From Nemertoderma westbladi (taxonomy: Eukaryota > Animalia > Xenacoelomorpha): DNA of 64,000 bases. Below the pieces are notes generated by a model. The model saw only the letters and a list, made by a program, of their open reading frames with translations. It had not been told where the DNA came from and made no database searches. Shown one piece after another: positions 20,598-31,016 of the stretch (the first letter of the stretch is position 1; each line of letters starts with the position of its first letter). The stretch lies in NCBI GenBank assembly GCA_032718475.1, contig JAUCBJ010006887.1, positions 99,515 through 163,514 on the forward strand. The letters are read 5' to 3'. Made by a program: the position numbers and the translations under genes.

Positions 20598-23500
20598 CTA
20601 ATAGTGTTCAACGGTAAATATTTGCTCGAGAAAAGCAAACTGGTAACTATCCGCTGAAACATTAAGCGGAAGGCAAAGCGAAAGTAAACAACACAGAAAA
20701 AAAGCCATCAAAATAATGCCAAGCAAATAGTAGACATATTTATTGAAGCGGAATACTCGCTCCCACAGAGGATCGGGGTAGGGCCATCCCGGCTTGGGAC
20801 GTTGCCAGAGAGACACTCGGGTATCTGGGGACACCGATTCTACCAGCTGCAACTGATTGGATGTTTGGGACAACGCAGTAGCGTCCTTAGACGTATCGCG
20901 GACCCAGAGATCGCGCGCCATCTCGGCGGGAGTGGCGCACTCTCGGTTGTACCAGGAGTGGCGACGAATCACTGAAGAGGAACGTCGACGGAGAGAGGGG
21001 AGGGGGGCGCCGCGGGTGGGGGCGTCGCTAAGGGTGCGACGTAGTGGTTCGGGAGGGAGCATCAGCGAGGTCGGGGAGGGGGCAGCTCGTTCGGGGTCAA
21101 GGGGGGAAACTGGGGGGGATTCCTCGAAGGCAAACACCGGGAGTGTGGGAGATTCATCCACCTGGAACACGGGAAGGGTGGGAGTGAGAGCGGGGGGAAC
21201 GGCGTTGCTCGGAGTTATTGGAGCGGCGACTGCATCCACATCGACCGTGTCCAAGGACGCTTTCGTTACCGCAGCAACCAACGGCGACGGGGGAGGGCCC
21301 GCAGCCAACGGGCTAGCAGGAATGTCGAGGGAGAGGGTTCGATTGGGCGAGCGATCGCGGAATAGCATCACAGTGCGGGGATCCTTCATAACGGCGTCGG
21401 CGACCGAAGCGAACCGCGAGCCGCGACAACGACTACATCGCGTCGTAGACTTCACGACTCCTGTCGCCACCGCCTTCTTTGAGTCCTCCAACTCGACCTT
21501 GAGTTCCTCGTACTCCCGTCTCAGATTCCGCACGTAATCCACAAGGAATCGCATCGCGTTCGCCAAGGTTTCCTCGAGACGGATGGCCCCGTACATAACC
21601 GAGTTGTTGAGAACCGTAGAAACCGAACTCAGTGTCGATTCTAGTCGGTTGATTAGATCGACTAGACTGTCCAGGACCGACGTGTCTTGGGATCTCGTCG
21701 TAATTCCCTCCATCCGACGTTTAATCTCGGCGATTTCATCGCTGAGCAGCGACTGCGAGGCGTCGAATCGACGCGAGACGATGTCTTTGCGACGAGCGAA
21801 CGTCTCTCGGTCGGCCTGCCAACCGAGCGACATGGAGGCGAACTGTTCCTCCGACAGCTCGGCGGACTCGCCTACTTCCGTCGCCTCCTCCAGATGAACC
21901 GGGGAGTCGCGCTCGATGACCGCGGGTGAGACGATGTCCCGGAAGAGATTCCGACCGGTCTGGGTGTCCGCCGAGAATCCCAGCGATTTATTCCGCGGTC
22001 TAACGGAGACCAGCGGTTTAACCGCATCCGGCCTCGACTTGGGAACCCCAGAGAACCCTCGACTCCTAAAGGAGGATGTCGGTGGGGATAGAGTGGCCGA
22101 CTGAGTAGCGGATAAGGGAGGTTTAGCGGAAGTAGAGGAAAACGTCGGCGATTTAATCTTCCAGGTTCGTTTGTTGTACGAGATAATCTTACTGGAATTG
22201 GGACTAATTGGTGACCTCGGCGTGTCTGGAACCCTCGGTCCACCATTCGGGGATCTCACCGACTGCGATTCGATTTTAATCGGTTTCGGAAGAAACTTCC
22301 TCTTGGCAACGGGTTTGTTATTCCTATCGGAATCCACCGAACCGCTGCGATGTACCGTCGCTCCCACCGACGCAGACCGCTTCACTTTCCCCGGTTCTAT
22401 AGGTCCCGCTTTCCCGGGCTCCGTATTGACTCCTTTATCACTCTTCACTGTCGGCGGCTCAGTTTGGCTCTGCTTATCGCTCAGGATTCTCTTTACACCG
22501 CGGCCGAACTCAGGAATATTCGGATCCGATTGGCAACGCGGAAACGAAACGGGAATCCCGCTGGTGAAATACTCGAAGGCCCTGCCACCCGTCTCTAGAT
22601 CGAGAGAGCGAACATGGGACGAACTACTGGTCATAAGTAGACAGACGGGAGACGTAGACACCTTGGCGCCTCTACCGGGGGATGTGAGCATCTCAACACG
22701 ACAGGATTGCGGCAATATCTTAGTGAATTCCGCTAAAACCGAATTGTTGTTAACGTCTTCGCATATTAACTTAATTTCCTTGTTCTGGAACAGCAGCTGC
22801 ATCTTCGCGTTGTTATCTATTATCCTAGAATGTTTATCCTTTAGTTCCTTCAACTCCCCGTTAACTTTTATATTAATCGTCTTTTGAATCTCCAACTGGG
22901 ATGTCAGCGAATTAATCCGACTGTCTACAACGTCCATCATCGGATCACCCTGTCCGACTTCGTACGATACAGGCAGACCGCAGAGCGGCGAACGGCGGTC
23001 GCTGGTCGACTCCGAATGGATCTCCGAGAAAATACTGCCGCGGGATTCCGTGGGTGTGCGAGGAGAGACGCTCAAGACGAGTTCCTCGTTTCTATCGGAA
23101 ATATCTCGTTCGATCCTGAGTTGAGCGATAGTTGAATCCTGCTCGGCTATAAACCGAGACAGATCCTCCACCTTAGAGGCCTTACTAGCGAGCTGAGCGA
23201 CCAGGTCCCGTTGCACTGCTGATAGCTTCTCGTTCTGAATGATCATCTCCCGTCGCAAACGCGAATTGTCCTCGACGACGTTGGATAGTTCGTCGTTTCT
23301 ATCCTTCGTCTCCAACAGATTCCGACGGTTATCTGTCTCCGCTCGCTGTAACCTTGCCTCTAAATCTGCCGTTTTATCCGACTCAGCTGTTATCATCTCA
23401 TATAATTCATCGTTTTGCTGCAAAACATTTTGATGTTTTTGTTGCGAAACCTTCAACTGTTTACCTAAATCATCGAGATCCCTCGCTTGAATCTGGTAAC

Positions 23501-24005
23501 GATTTTGTACGTCGTTTCTTTGACTCTCAATCGATGAATAATCATCTTTAAGTTCGTTGTTAATGCGTTTGAGACGGTCCAATGCCGTTATCAACTGAAA
23601 TTTATTCATATGAAGAAAAGATGTCTCGTTTTCGATAGGCGATGCATGCAATGAGTCCTTAGTACTCGCCATGGAAGAAGTTCTGCTGGAGAAACTGCTC
23701 GAATCCGAAAAACCATGAACCCACTCTTCGCCGCTAAGTATAAAGTCGTCTTTATTTGTTGCTTTAATGTTATTCAACCAGTCCGTGGCCACGGTAAGGT
23801 AAGTCGCATTATCGACTAGTCTATCAGTAGAATTTTCAGCTAAAGTAGAGCTAAACTGCTCCAAATATTGTCCTTGATTCAGTATATTTATTTGTCTCAA
23901 ATAGTCTATTAGCACATCTACGTTAACTTCACCGACTGCTTCGCGATCACAATCACTGAAAACAGATTGTAAAATGTCCCGTTCATTGTAAGAAGATGGG
24001 TCCAT
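20598..24005 (-). CDS. LRMP: LRMP/IRAG2 (Jaw1)/KASH5-family tail-anchored coiled-coil protein, intronless, 1135 aa from the first in-frame ATG
   Basis: N-terminal EF-hand-like ILQSVFSDCDREAVGEVNVDVLIDYL, coiled coil, and an MRVI1-type domain (EEQFASMSLGWQADRETFARR...YGAIRLEETLANAMRFLVDYVRNLRREYE). C-terminal TM helix with a short luminal tail. Confidence 0.8.
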   Translation of the reverse strand: MDPSSYNERDILQSVFSDCDREAVGEVNVDVLIDYLRQINILNQGQYLEQFSSTLAENSTDRLVDNATYLTVATDWLNNIKATNKDDFILSGEEWVHGFSDSSSFSSRTSSMASTKDSLHASPIENETSFLHMNKFQLITALDRLKRINNELKDDYSSIESQRNDVQNRYQIQARDLDDLGKQLKVSQQKHQNVLQQNDELYEMITAESDKTADLEARLQRAETDNRRNLLETKDRNDELSNVVEDNSRLRREMIIQNEKLSAVQRDLVAQLASKASKVEDLSRFIAEQDSTIAQLRIERDISDRNEELVLSVSPRTPTESRGSIFSEIHSESTSDRRSPLCGLPVSYEVGQGDPMMDVVDSRINSLTSQLEIQKTINIKVNGELKELKDKHSRIIDNNAKMQLLFQNKEIKLICEDVNNNSVLAEFTKILPQSCRVEMLTSPGRGAKVSTSPVCLLMTSSSSHVRSLDLETGGRAFEYFTSGIPVSFPRCQSDPNIPEFGRGVKRILSDKQSQTEPPTVKSDKGVNTEPGKAGPIEPGKVKRSASVGATVHRSGSVDSDRNNKPVAKRKFLPKPIKIESQSVRSPNGGPRVPDTPRSPISPNSSKIISYNKRTWKIKSPTFSSTSAKPPLSATQSATLSPPTSSFRSRGFSGVPKSRPDAVKPLVSVRPRNKSLGFSADTQTGRNLFRDIVSPAVIERDSPVHLEEATEVGESAELSEEQFASMSLGWQADRETFARRKDIVSRRFDASQSLLSDEIAEIKRRMEGITTRSQDTSVLDSLVDLINRLESTLSSVSTVLNNSVMYGAIRLEETLANAMRFLVDYVRNLRREYEELKVELEDSKKAVATGVVKSTTRCSRCRGSRFASVADAVMKDPRTVMLFRDRSPNRTLSLDIPASPLAAGPPPSPLVAAVTKASLDTVDVDAVAAPITPSNAVPPALTPTLPVFQVDESPTLPVFAFEESPPVSPLDPERAAPSPTSLMLPPEPLRRTLSDAPTRGAPLPSLRRRSSSVIRRHSWYNRECATPAEMARDLWVRDTSKDATALSQTSNQLQLVESVSPDTRVSLWQRPKPGWPYPDPLWERVFRFNKYVYYLLGIILMAFFLCCLLSLCLPLNVSADSYQFAFLEQIFTVEHY

Positions 24006-24789
24006 CCTCCATTTACCTGCAGTAATGCTTTGATATCTTCCGGTGATTAATATCGGTAGCAACAGCAGAACAGCGCGCTTCCAAAACGAAGAACAGAATA
24101 AACATTTTGTTACTAAGTTCCCCTATGCCCTACAGGACAGCTGGCTGTAGCTGCACAGCAGCACAGCTATACCGGTACCAGTATACCAGTATACAGACTG
24201 ACAGATTTCACGATTTCAGACGGTAAGCCAAGCCCAGAAGCCCACGTCTTTAAGTCAACTTCAATAATCTGACTCACAGATGTCAGACTGCTGCTTGTAC
24301 TGCAGTAGGCTCTGAGGCTGGTAGCAGGGTAGGCCTACCAATACCCAGATCAGCAGATACCGGATTATTTTATCTGTATATTACAGTATTACAGTATTAT
24401 TATTACTATTTTAATCTCTTGACAATAAAAATGTAGGCCTAAAAAGTAAACCTGCTCGCTCATCGCAAAACCACTTCAGCACTTCAATGTATAGCATAGT
24501 CCTTCTGCGTTGTACTCTATGCAAATGAAATATGCTGTATAATGCTATATAATGCTATGAAATACCGGTAAAGGTAAATAATAAAACCATAATTTTTCTA
24601 ACCAAAACAATAAACGAGAAAATTAACAACAAAACTGGATTTCGATTTCGTAAAGTAATTTAATGGAAAGGAGCACGTTACTGTGGATAAGTTTTTTAAT
24701 GGAAAGGAGCAGGTTTCATGTTACAGTAGCAGCAGGCCTTTTCTAACCAAAACAAAAAAACGATAACCAAAGAACAGAGGTTACAGACT

Positions 24790-26150
24790 TATTTTTACCG
24801 AAATATTCTCGTTTTATGGATAACGTCAACGGAGTTTTACTGATTTATCGGTTTATCATTTGTGATTTCCAAACAACTAGAGCCGGTATACAGTAGGTGA
24901 ATAAACTTGTTTTACCACGTCCATTGGAGATAAACCTAAACTCATACAGAATGGTTGTATGCAGATATTACAGTCGCATGAAGTTTGAGTGTTATCTTAC
25001 GTTCTACTAAATGCGGTCTAATTTGGTCCTTTGTAGTTCTAACCAACCTCTCAGCCATACATCACAGTGAGGGTGGTATGGACTAGTGACTCTATTGTTG
25101 ATGTTTTGTTGACGACAAAAGTTGTTAAACTCATTTGAAATAAAGCATCGTCCGTGATCTCGATCTGTCAATATGCTATTTCTAGGGGCTTTTGACCTTT
25201 TCTAATCAACTTTGGGAAAGGGCCACAGAAATCCATAGCAACCCACTCATAAGGCCTTGTTACCACGGGTAAAGATTGCAGAGCATTGGTGCTGGTGGTA
25301 AAACCTTTGCGCGAAAACACACCCAATTTGTTATGTACAGTAGGTCTTTAATTCGTTAGCCATGTTTGGCCAATAACATTATCTTTATTATAACGAGAAC
25401 GTTTTGTCATAACCAAGGTGCGCGCTCTCAGAAGCCTGAACGGATTTGAAAACTTTTGAACGTTCTTTGGGTACAGATAATGTGGATATATAAATGTATA
25501 TCCCTTCGGCTGTTTGTTGTAAATCGATAATTAATTCGGTCAAATTCACTATCAGTTTCTTGAAGTTGAGTGATTTCCTCATTCGACATGTGTATGAATT
25601 TTTCTGTCATTTGATGGGTGTTTTCGGTATCGAAAGTTTATACCGGGGATTTCACATCTCCACTCTTGTCTGACAGAAACACATCCATGTATGAACGAAC
25701 TGTTATTGGGCAGCCTAGAGAGCGTATCTGCCACTTGATTAGAAGACCCCCTTTCATGTTTAATTGATTTTAAGCCATCAAACTCTAAAATACGTAATTG
25801 CCAACGTGCAAGTCTACCATTTGCTGTTTTATTATTAATTAGCCATTGTAATGGTACGAGATCAGACAAAACGTGTACTTCAGCACCATAAGTGTAAGCC
25901 TGAAACCGTTCCAATGTGAAAATAACAGCCAATGCTTATTTTTCTATCGTGGAGTAATTATTTTCGCTTGTAGTAAGATTCCTACTGGCAAATGCTACTG
26001 GATGAAGTGCCCTATCATTATCCGTTTGACGTACTGTATGACGGCACCAATTCCAACATTAGATGCATCGCAATGAACAAAGAATGGTTCACCGCCTTTA
26101 GGGTGTACAAGAATTGGCGCAGTAATTAAGGCTTTCTTTAAACTCTCAAA
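24790..26150 (-). mobile_element. Degenerate Ty3/Gypsy pol relic (RT connection, RNaseH, integrase)
   Basis: LITAPIL, HCDASNVGIGAV, RLARWQLRILEF, NQVADTLSRLP, HLGYDKT, MDFCGPFP and YHPHCDGMAER motifs, broken by stops and frameshifts. Confidence 0.85.
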
Positions 26151-26599
26151 GGGGGATTCTTGGGGGAAGTTGTGCGCACAAGATACTAAGTTGGTATTTA
26201 TTGTTGTTTATTGTTTGTTGTTGGTACTTATAAACATTGAATTTATTAAATAGCTTAAACATAATCGAATCTGGTGTCATCAGCCAGTCTGTCAACAGCC
26301 AACAAGGCGACAGGAGTGCATCTGAACTGCATACCGGAATGAGTTGCTAATGACTGTCGGTGATTTTAAGATATTAGCTAGCGAACCAACTATCTCTAGA
26401 GTAGCCTACATGAGAGTGTGAAACTTTGAGTCCAATAAATGCAGAAGGCCGATATATACTATTCGAAACATTCGTATAAGGGGCTCGAAATGTGTACCAT
26501 CTAACAATAAATTGTCAATATTTGGTTAGTTAGTTAGTAGTACAGCCCTTGGCTCATCAGACATTATGCATTAATAACTAATAAATAACACCCTAAATA

Positions 26600-26870
26600 C
26601 TAATTAATAGAACCCTGGTTAATTAAGCAAACACGTGTTTCCTTGTCAGCTATCTCTTGCTTGACTCGGTGGTACCAAGGAGCTATTTTAGTGTTCTTTA
26701 GCATTTCGTTATGAGCCGTCATGCCTTCGAAACAGTTGAGTACGCCGTAGACAGAAAGATCGGCTAGGTTAGGTTGGACGCCACCCATAAATTCTTTGGT
26801 CCCTAACGCTTTGGTCCATGTTGCACAAGAGTCGTACAGAGATTCGCGTACGTCTTCTTTTAAGCGCCAC
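26600..26870 (-). CDS. PTGES2: PTGES2 exon 4 (last); spliced CDS 1185 nt = 394 aa
   Basis: Acceptor CTTCCTCTAG|G is phase-compatible with exon 3. It encodes DVRESLY...FMGGVQPNLADLSVYGVL...PWYHRV (mPGES-2 GST-C). Confidence 0.9.
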
Positions 26871-27807
26871 CTAGAGGAAGGTACACACACGACTGATTTA
26901 ATGTGTAATCTAAATATTCATGAAAGAAAACAATAAAAGTTATTTAAGATGTATAAATAATTAATAATTATATCCACAGCGGTCACATATCTGGGATTCA
27001 TTTACTCAGTTTGCGACCTCTATTTTATGAGGTTCTTTATTACAATATTGTATGTTCAGCTGTGTTTTCTGTCATTAGAAAATAATTTCGCTTTAACCAA
27101 TATATTTCAGCCACCAGGGGCTCTCTCTAATGAGTTTTATTTTAGTTTCGAAAAGTTTACGCAGATGCCGCATCTCACACTACATTTCATACGTAAAATT
27201 TTTCGACACGATTTTCGATGGTTTCTCGCAAACAAACTCTTACTATACCAAATTAAGAGTTAATGGCGTAGTCAAATAAGCAAACACCACCTATTTAGTT
27301 TAGAGGGTTTAATAAATTTATTTAATTTAAAATACTAAGGGAAATGAGCAGGTTACAGTGGCGACAAAAACACCCAGTTCCTACATAAACAATATTATTT
27401 CACTTGAGATCAGGCTACCCGGGGGATCGTTTTTTTTTTCACATGCGGACAATTTGTGCCATATCTACAAATTCAAGGTTCTTCAATCTAAAATGTACAG
27501 ATAAGGGAGGACTTCAACGAAATCAAAATCCATCTCTCCATCTCCACGGGAAAATCGACGTAAATAACAGATGATGAATTCTAAAACTAAGCTACCTGTT
27601 ATATTGCCTTTAGTTATTGTTTAGGTTATAATAACGTGCCACAGTAACCTGCACCTTCGCCGAGATGGGATTTACGTCAAGACCCCCCCAACCCTCTCCC
27701 TGTCTCAAAATGTAGCATATTTAAACAGAAAATCGATTGATTATTTAATTCACAATAATAATAGAAGTGTAACATTTCTAGAATTTAATTGTAATCTTGA
27801 GTATCAA

Positions 27808-29838
27808 TTAATTGATAGGCGGTAGTATGGGGTACGTCGCCGAACCGAAACGATCCTCGGTCTGGGTTTCCGGGAGCGGAGTATTCCAGCTGTCGGTCGG
27901 ACTGGGCCGTGTATCCCCGGGATACTCGGCCCCGGTTACCATGGCAGCGGGGGCCGTGTAGGGCGGCGCCCCGTAGAACAGCTGTCTGCTGCTCCCGGTG
28001 AGTTGCCGCGCGGCCTCCGCTCGACGCTGCAACGAATCCAACTCCAGCGGACTGCTGACCCCTCGATGCGACGCTCGCGAACTCAGCCGCTCCATCAATC
28101 CGCTCCGCCGCTCCACCGGGGTTGCCCCTCCTCCAGTCTCACTCCCGTCACCAAGGTAATCCAGAACTAACTTCTTAAGCCTCTCGTACGCGGTATCGTG
28201 GTCACCAGTGTTGATCATCATATCAAAGAATCCGGGTCGCTGTCTGTGGACATCCACGTAGTGCTGAACGCGTTCTATTATGTACTCAACTTGGCCACCC
28301 GAGTAGCTCTCCTTACTTCGCAACCGCAGTCTATGCGCCTGAGTATCTAACGGCAACGTAAGAACGTACCGAGGTTCGAAGTATGTGTTCTTGAGGTTGT
28401 AGACTCCCTCTAACTCCATGTCAAGGACGCAAGCCAGTCCGTTCTCTGCGATACCGTCTATAGTCTCCAGAGTGTGTCCGTACATAAACCCGTTGCACTG
28501 GTAGGTCACTACGAACCCGCCCTCAGCCGATATCTCGCTAAACTCTTCGGTGGAGAGGAATCGGTATGTGCGGTCGTTATCCGTGGGTCGAGTTGGCCGC
28601 GTTGTGTGGCAGACCCCATAGCCGAAGTACTCGGGGAAGTCGGCGACGAGACGCAGGGCTAGTCGCTTCCTACCGCACCCGCTGGGGCCTACCAGCACCA
28701 GCATGGGGTAGGGGGTGTCCACCGAGGGGAGGGTGCATTCGTGGATGCGGGGGGGCTGGCGGAAGGCCCGCGCCGCGTTGAGCATGTGGTCGCGTGCGGC
28801 GACGGCCTCGGCGGGAGGGTCGAAGTAGTTGGACGCGGCGACTTTCTCCTCCACGGTCACGGTGTGTCCGTCGAACGAGGTCAACCACGGCATTACGAAA
28901 ACCACGCACAGTCGGTAGTCAGGGTGCTGTTGCACCGGGTTGCGTCGCAACGACAATTTCCGTAGCAACCGGAGGTCGCTGAGATGTTGGATGTCGATGA
29001 TGTCGTCGATAAGGCAGTCCTCCACCTCGACGATCTCGAGGAAGGCGTGACCTGAGAGGCCCAACAACGATGTCACTGGATTGTACGAGAGATTAATCTC
29101 CATGAGATACTTTAGATTTTCCAATCCTTCTATATCGGTGAGTTTGTTTGAATTGATTCGCAATATTTTTATAGGTAGTCCGTCAAGACCCTGAATTTTT
29201 TCGATTTGGTTGTGTGAAAGACTCAGTTTAGACAGGCTGCGGCTTCCCTGGAGGCCCTCTATCGCCGCTATGTCGTTGTTGTCTAGAATGAGCGAGCGCA
29301 ACGCTTTGTGAGCTGAGAGGTCGGGAATCGAACTTATTTGATTGAAACTAAAATCAGCGTAGTGAAGATTCTTGGGAGGGGCGAAGTCGAGGAGATGTGA
29401 GAGGCGGTTGTTTGAGACGTCCAGATAGACCATGAATTGCATGGCGCTGAGAGCCGAGAGATCGATTAAGGAGTTGTGAGATAAAACGATCTTCTGGAGG
29501 TGCTTGTAGGTCTCGAGAATCTGTATGTCGATGAGTCCGACGCCAGGGAGATCGAGGTTCAGCAGCACCAGATGAGTTCCGTCTGCGGTGCGTCCGAGGT
29601 TGGACAGTCCGCTACTCACCAGCGGTTTGTCCAACACTCCCTCGGCTATACTGTCCGTTGTCTCACCAGTGGGTGTCCGCTCTTCTGAGAGACCCAACGG
29701 GTCCATGAACCCGTCGTCATGGGTTCCTTCTGATGGCATCGGTGACCCCTCCAGGTTCAGCACTTGGACTGAATCATCGCAATATGTTGTGCCGTGTGAC
29801 GAATCAACGAGGTTTCGCAACAAATGTGCCTCCGACAT
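27808..29838 (-). CDS. LRGUK: Leucine-rich repeat and guanylate kinase domain protein, intronless, nested in PTGES2 intron 3
   Basis: SDS22-like LRRs, LRR cap (NPVQQHPDYRLCVVF), then a guanylate kinase domain (LVGPSGCGRK, HTTRP, YGHT, DMELEGV, YFEPRY). Confidence 0.93.
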   Translation of the reverse strand: MSEAHLLRNLVDSSHGTTYCDDSVQVLNLEGSPMPSEGTHDDGFMDPLGLSEERTPTGETTDSIAEGVLDKPLVSSGLSNLGRTADGTHLVLLNLDLPGVGLIDIQILETYKHLQKIVLSHNSLIDLSALSAMQFMVYLDVSNNRLSHLLDFAPPKNLHYADFSFNQISSIPDLSAHKALRSLILDNNDIAAIEGLQGSRSLSKLSLSHNQIEKIQGLDGLPIKILRINSNKLTDIEGLENLKYLMEINLSYNPVTSLLGLSGHAFLEIVEVEDCLIDDIIDIQHLSDLRLLRKLSLRRNPVQQHPDYRLCVVFVMPWLTSFDGHTVTVEEKVAASNYFDPPAEAVAARDHMLNAARAFRQPPRIHECTLPSVDTPYPMLVLVGPSGCGRKRLALRLVADFPEYFGYGVCHTTRPTRPTDNDRTYRFLSTEEFSEISAEGGFVVTYQCNGFMYGHTLETIDGIAENGLACVLDMELEGVYNLKNTYFEPRYVLTLPLDTQAHRLRLRSKESYSGGQVEYIIERVQHYVDVHRQRPGFFDMMINTGDHDTAYERLKKLVLDYLGDGSETGGGATPVERRSGLMERLSSRASHRGVSSPLELDSLQRRAEAARQLTGSSRQLFYGAPPYTAPAAMVTGAEYPGDTRPSPTDSWNTPLPETQTEDRFGSATYPILPPIN

Positions 29839-30204
29839 CGTATCGATAGAAAAATTAAATTACCGTATGTAGATTTTAGATTTTTACAACCTATAAATAT
29901 AACAATGTGATCTTACCAAATGTAAATAAAAATAAATTTAAGGTAATTAATTATGTTAACTAACTATTCCACAATTGACAGGCAGTGTTCTAAAAGTATA
30001 ACATAAAGATTATACTGATAATAATAATTTGTTAACTACTGTAACAGTGTAAGTCAACACCCCAGGCGCCGGCAGCTAAAATTGCAGCAGAGATACAAGC
30101 AAATTTCAGTGCCAAGTAAAACAGCACTAACACTGACTGCTCTGCTAGTAGTTAGTCAAAGGTATAACAACGCCTTGCAATCAAACAAAGTTGATATTTA
30201 CGTT

Positions 30205-30217
30205 GTTGCTTAGCAAC
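30205..30217. promoter_or_regulatory. RFX X-box candidate GTTGCTTAGCAAC
   Basis: Palindromic GTTGC-N3-GCAAC, ~370 bp upstream of the LRGUK ATG, in the LRGUK/CCDC171 intergenic region. Confidence 0.6.
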
Positions 30218-31016
30218 TTGTACATATCTACCAAAACCATTACACACATTCAGATAGGCCAACATCCCTCCAGTTACCGGTACCAGTTGATGGAAGTTGC
30301 CAAATCATTATAAGGTACCGTAGATGTACGCATAGCACATCATACAAGTACCGTACAGAGTAGACCGCTTCCCGGTTGATTCTACATTCAATGAATATGT
30401 TTGTTTCTATCTGGACGGGTAGGCCTATTATTTTAGTTACCGGTACATGAATGAATATCAGTGTAAGGTAGGACGTAGGAATAACCTCAAGCACGCCGTA
30501 TACCCAGTTAACTATGTACCGTACCATCATCGTACCAATACTTACAACCGTTTTACAATCGCATCGTAAGAAAAAAAAACGAGGCACTAGTGACTAATAG
30601 AGGACCCTCCTTACCTGCTAATCCTGAAATCACTAGTGCCCGGCGGCCCGGTTAGTAAAGTAGCAGGTTACAGAGGTGAGTTGAAAGGAACCAAAACAAT
30701 AAACAGGAGTTAGGAATATTGTAGAATAGAAAGACCATTTCAGGATTAGCATGTGATTTCAGGATTAGGAGGGCAACTATTACAGTATTAGTCACTAGTA
30801 CCAAAAAACGAAATAATTGAATATCCTTTAGTATATGAGGTAGGCCAGCTATTGTTCGGAAATGCATTTTCGGCAATAGTTCGATAAAATCAATGCAGTG
30901 TGGGTGATATATGCATAATATCTATACTGCACTGCGCTGCGCTGCGCTGCTGCATGACAATATTTCCTTCATAAAACACCTTATTTCTAATATATAAAAT
31001 ATATAACAAATAAAAA

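Noticed and set aside
24006-24062. 19-aa N-terminal extension of the LRMP ORF in the track
   Set aside because: It starts at TTG; the first in-frame ATG is at 24005.
26440-26562. Hammerhead ribozyme candidates (CTGATGA-GCC..GGC on the minus strand; CGAAAC on the plus strand)
   Set aside because: No CUGANGA...GAAA core with closing stems on a single strand.
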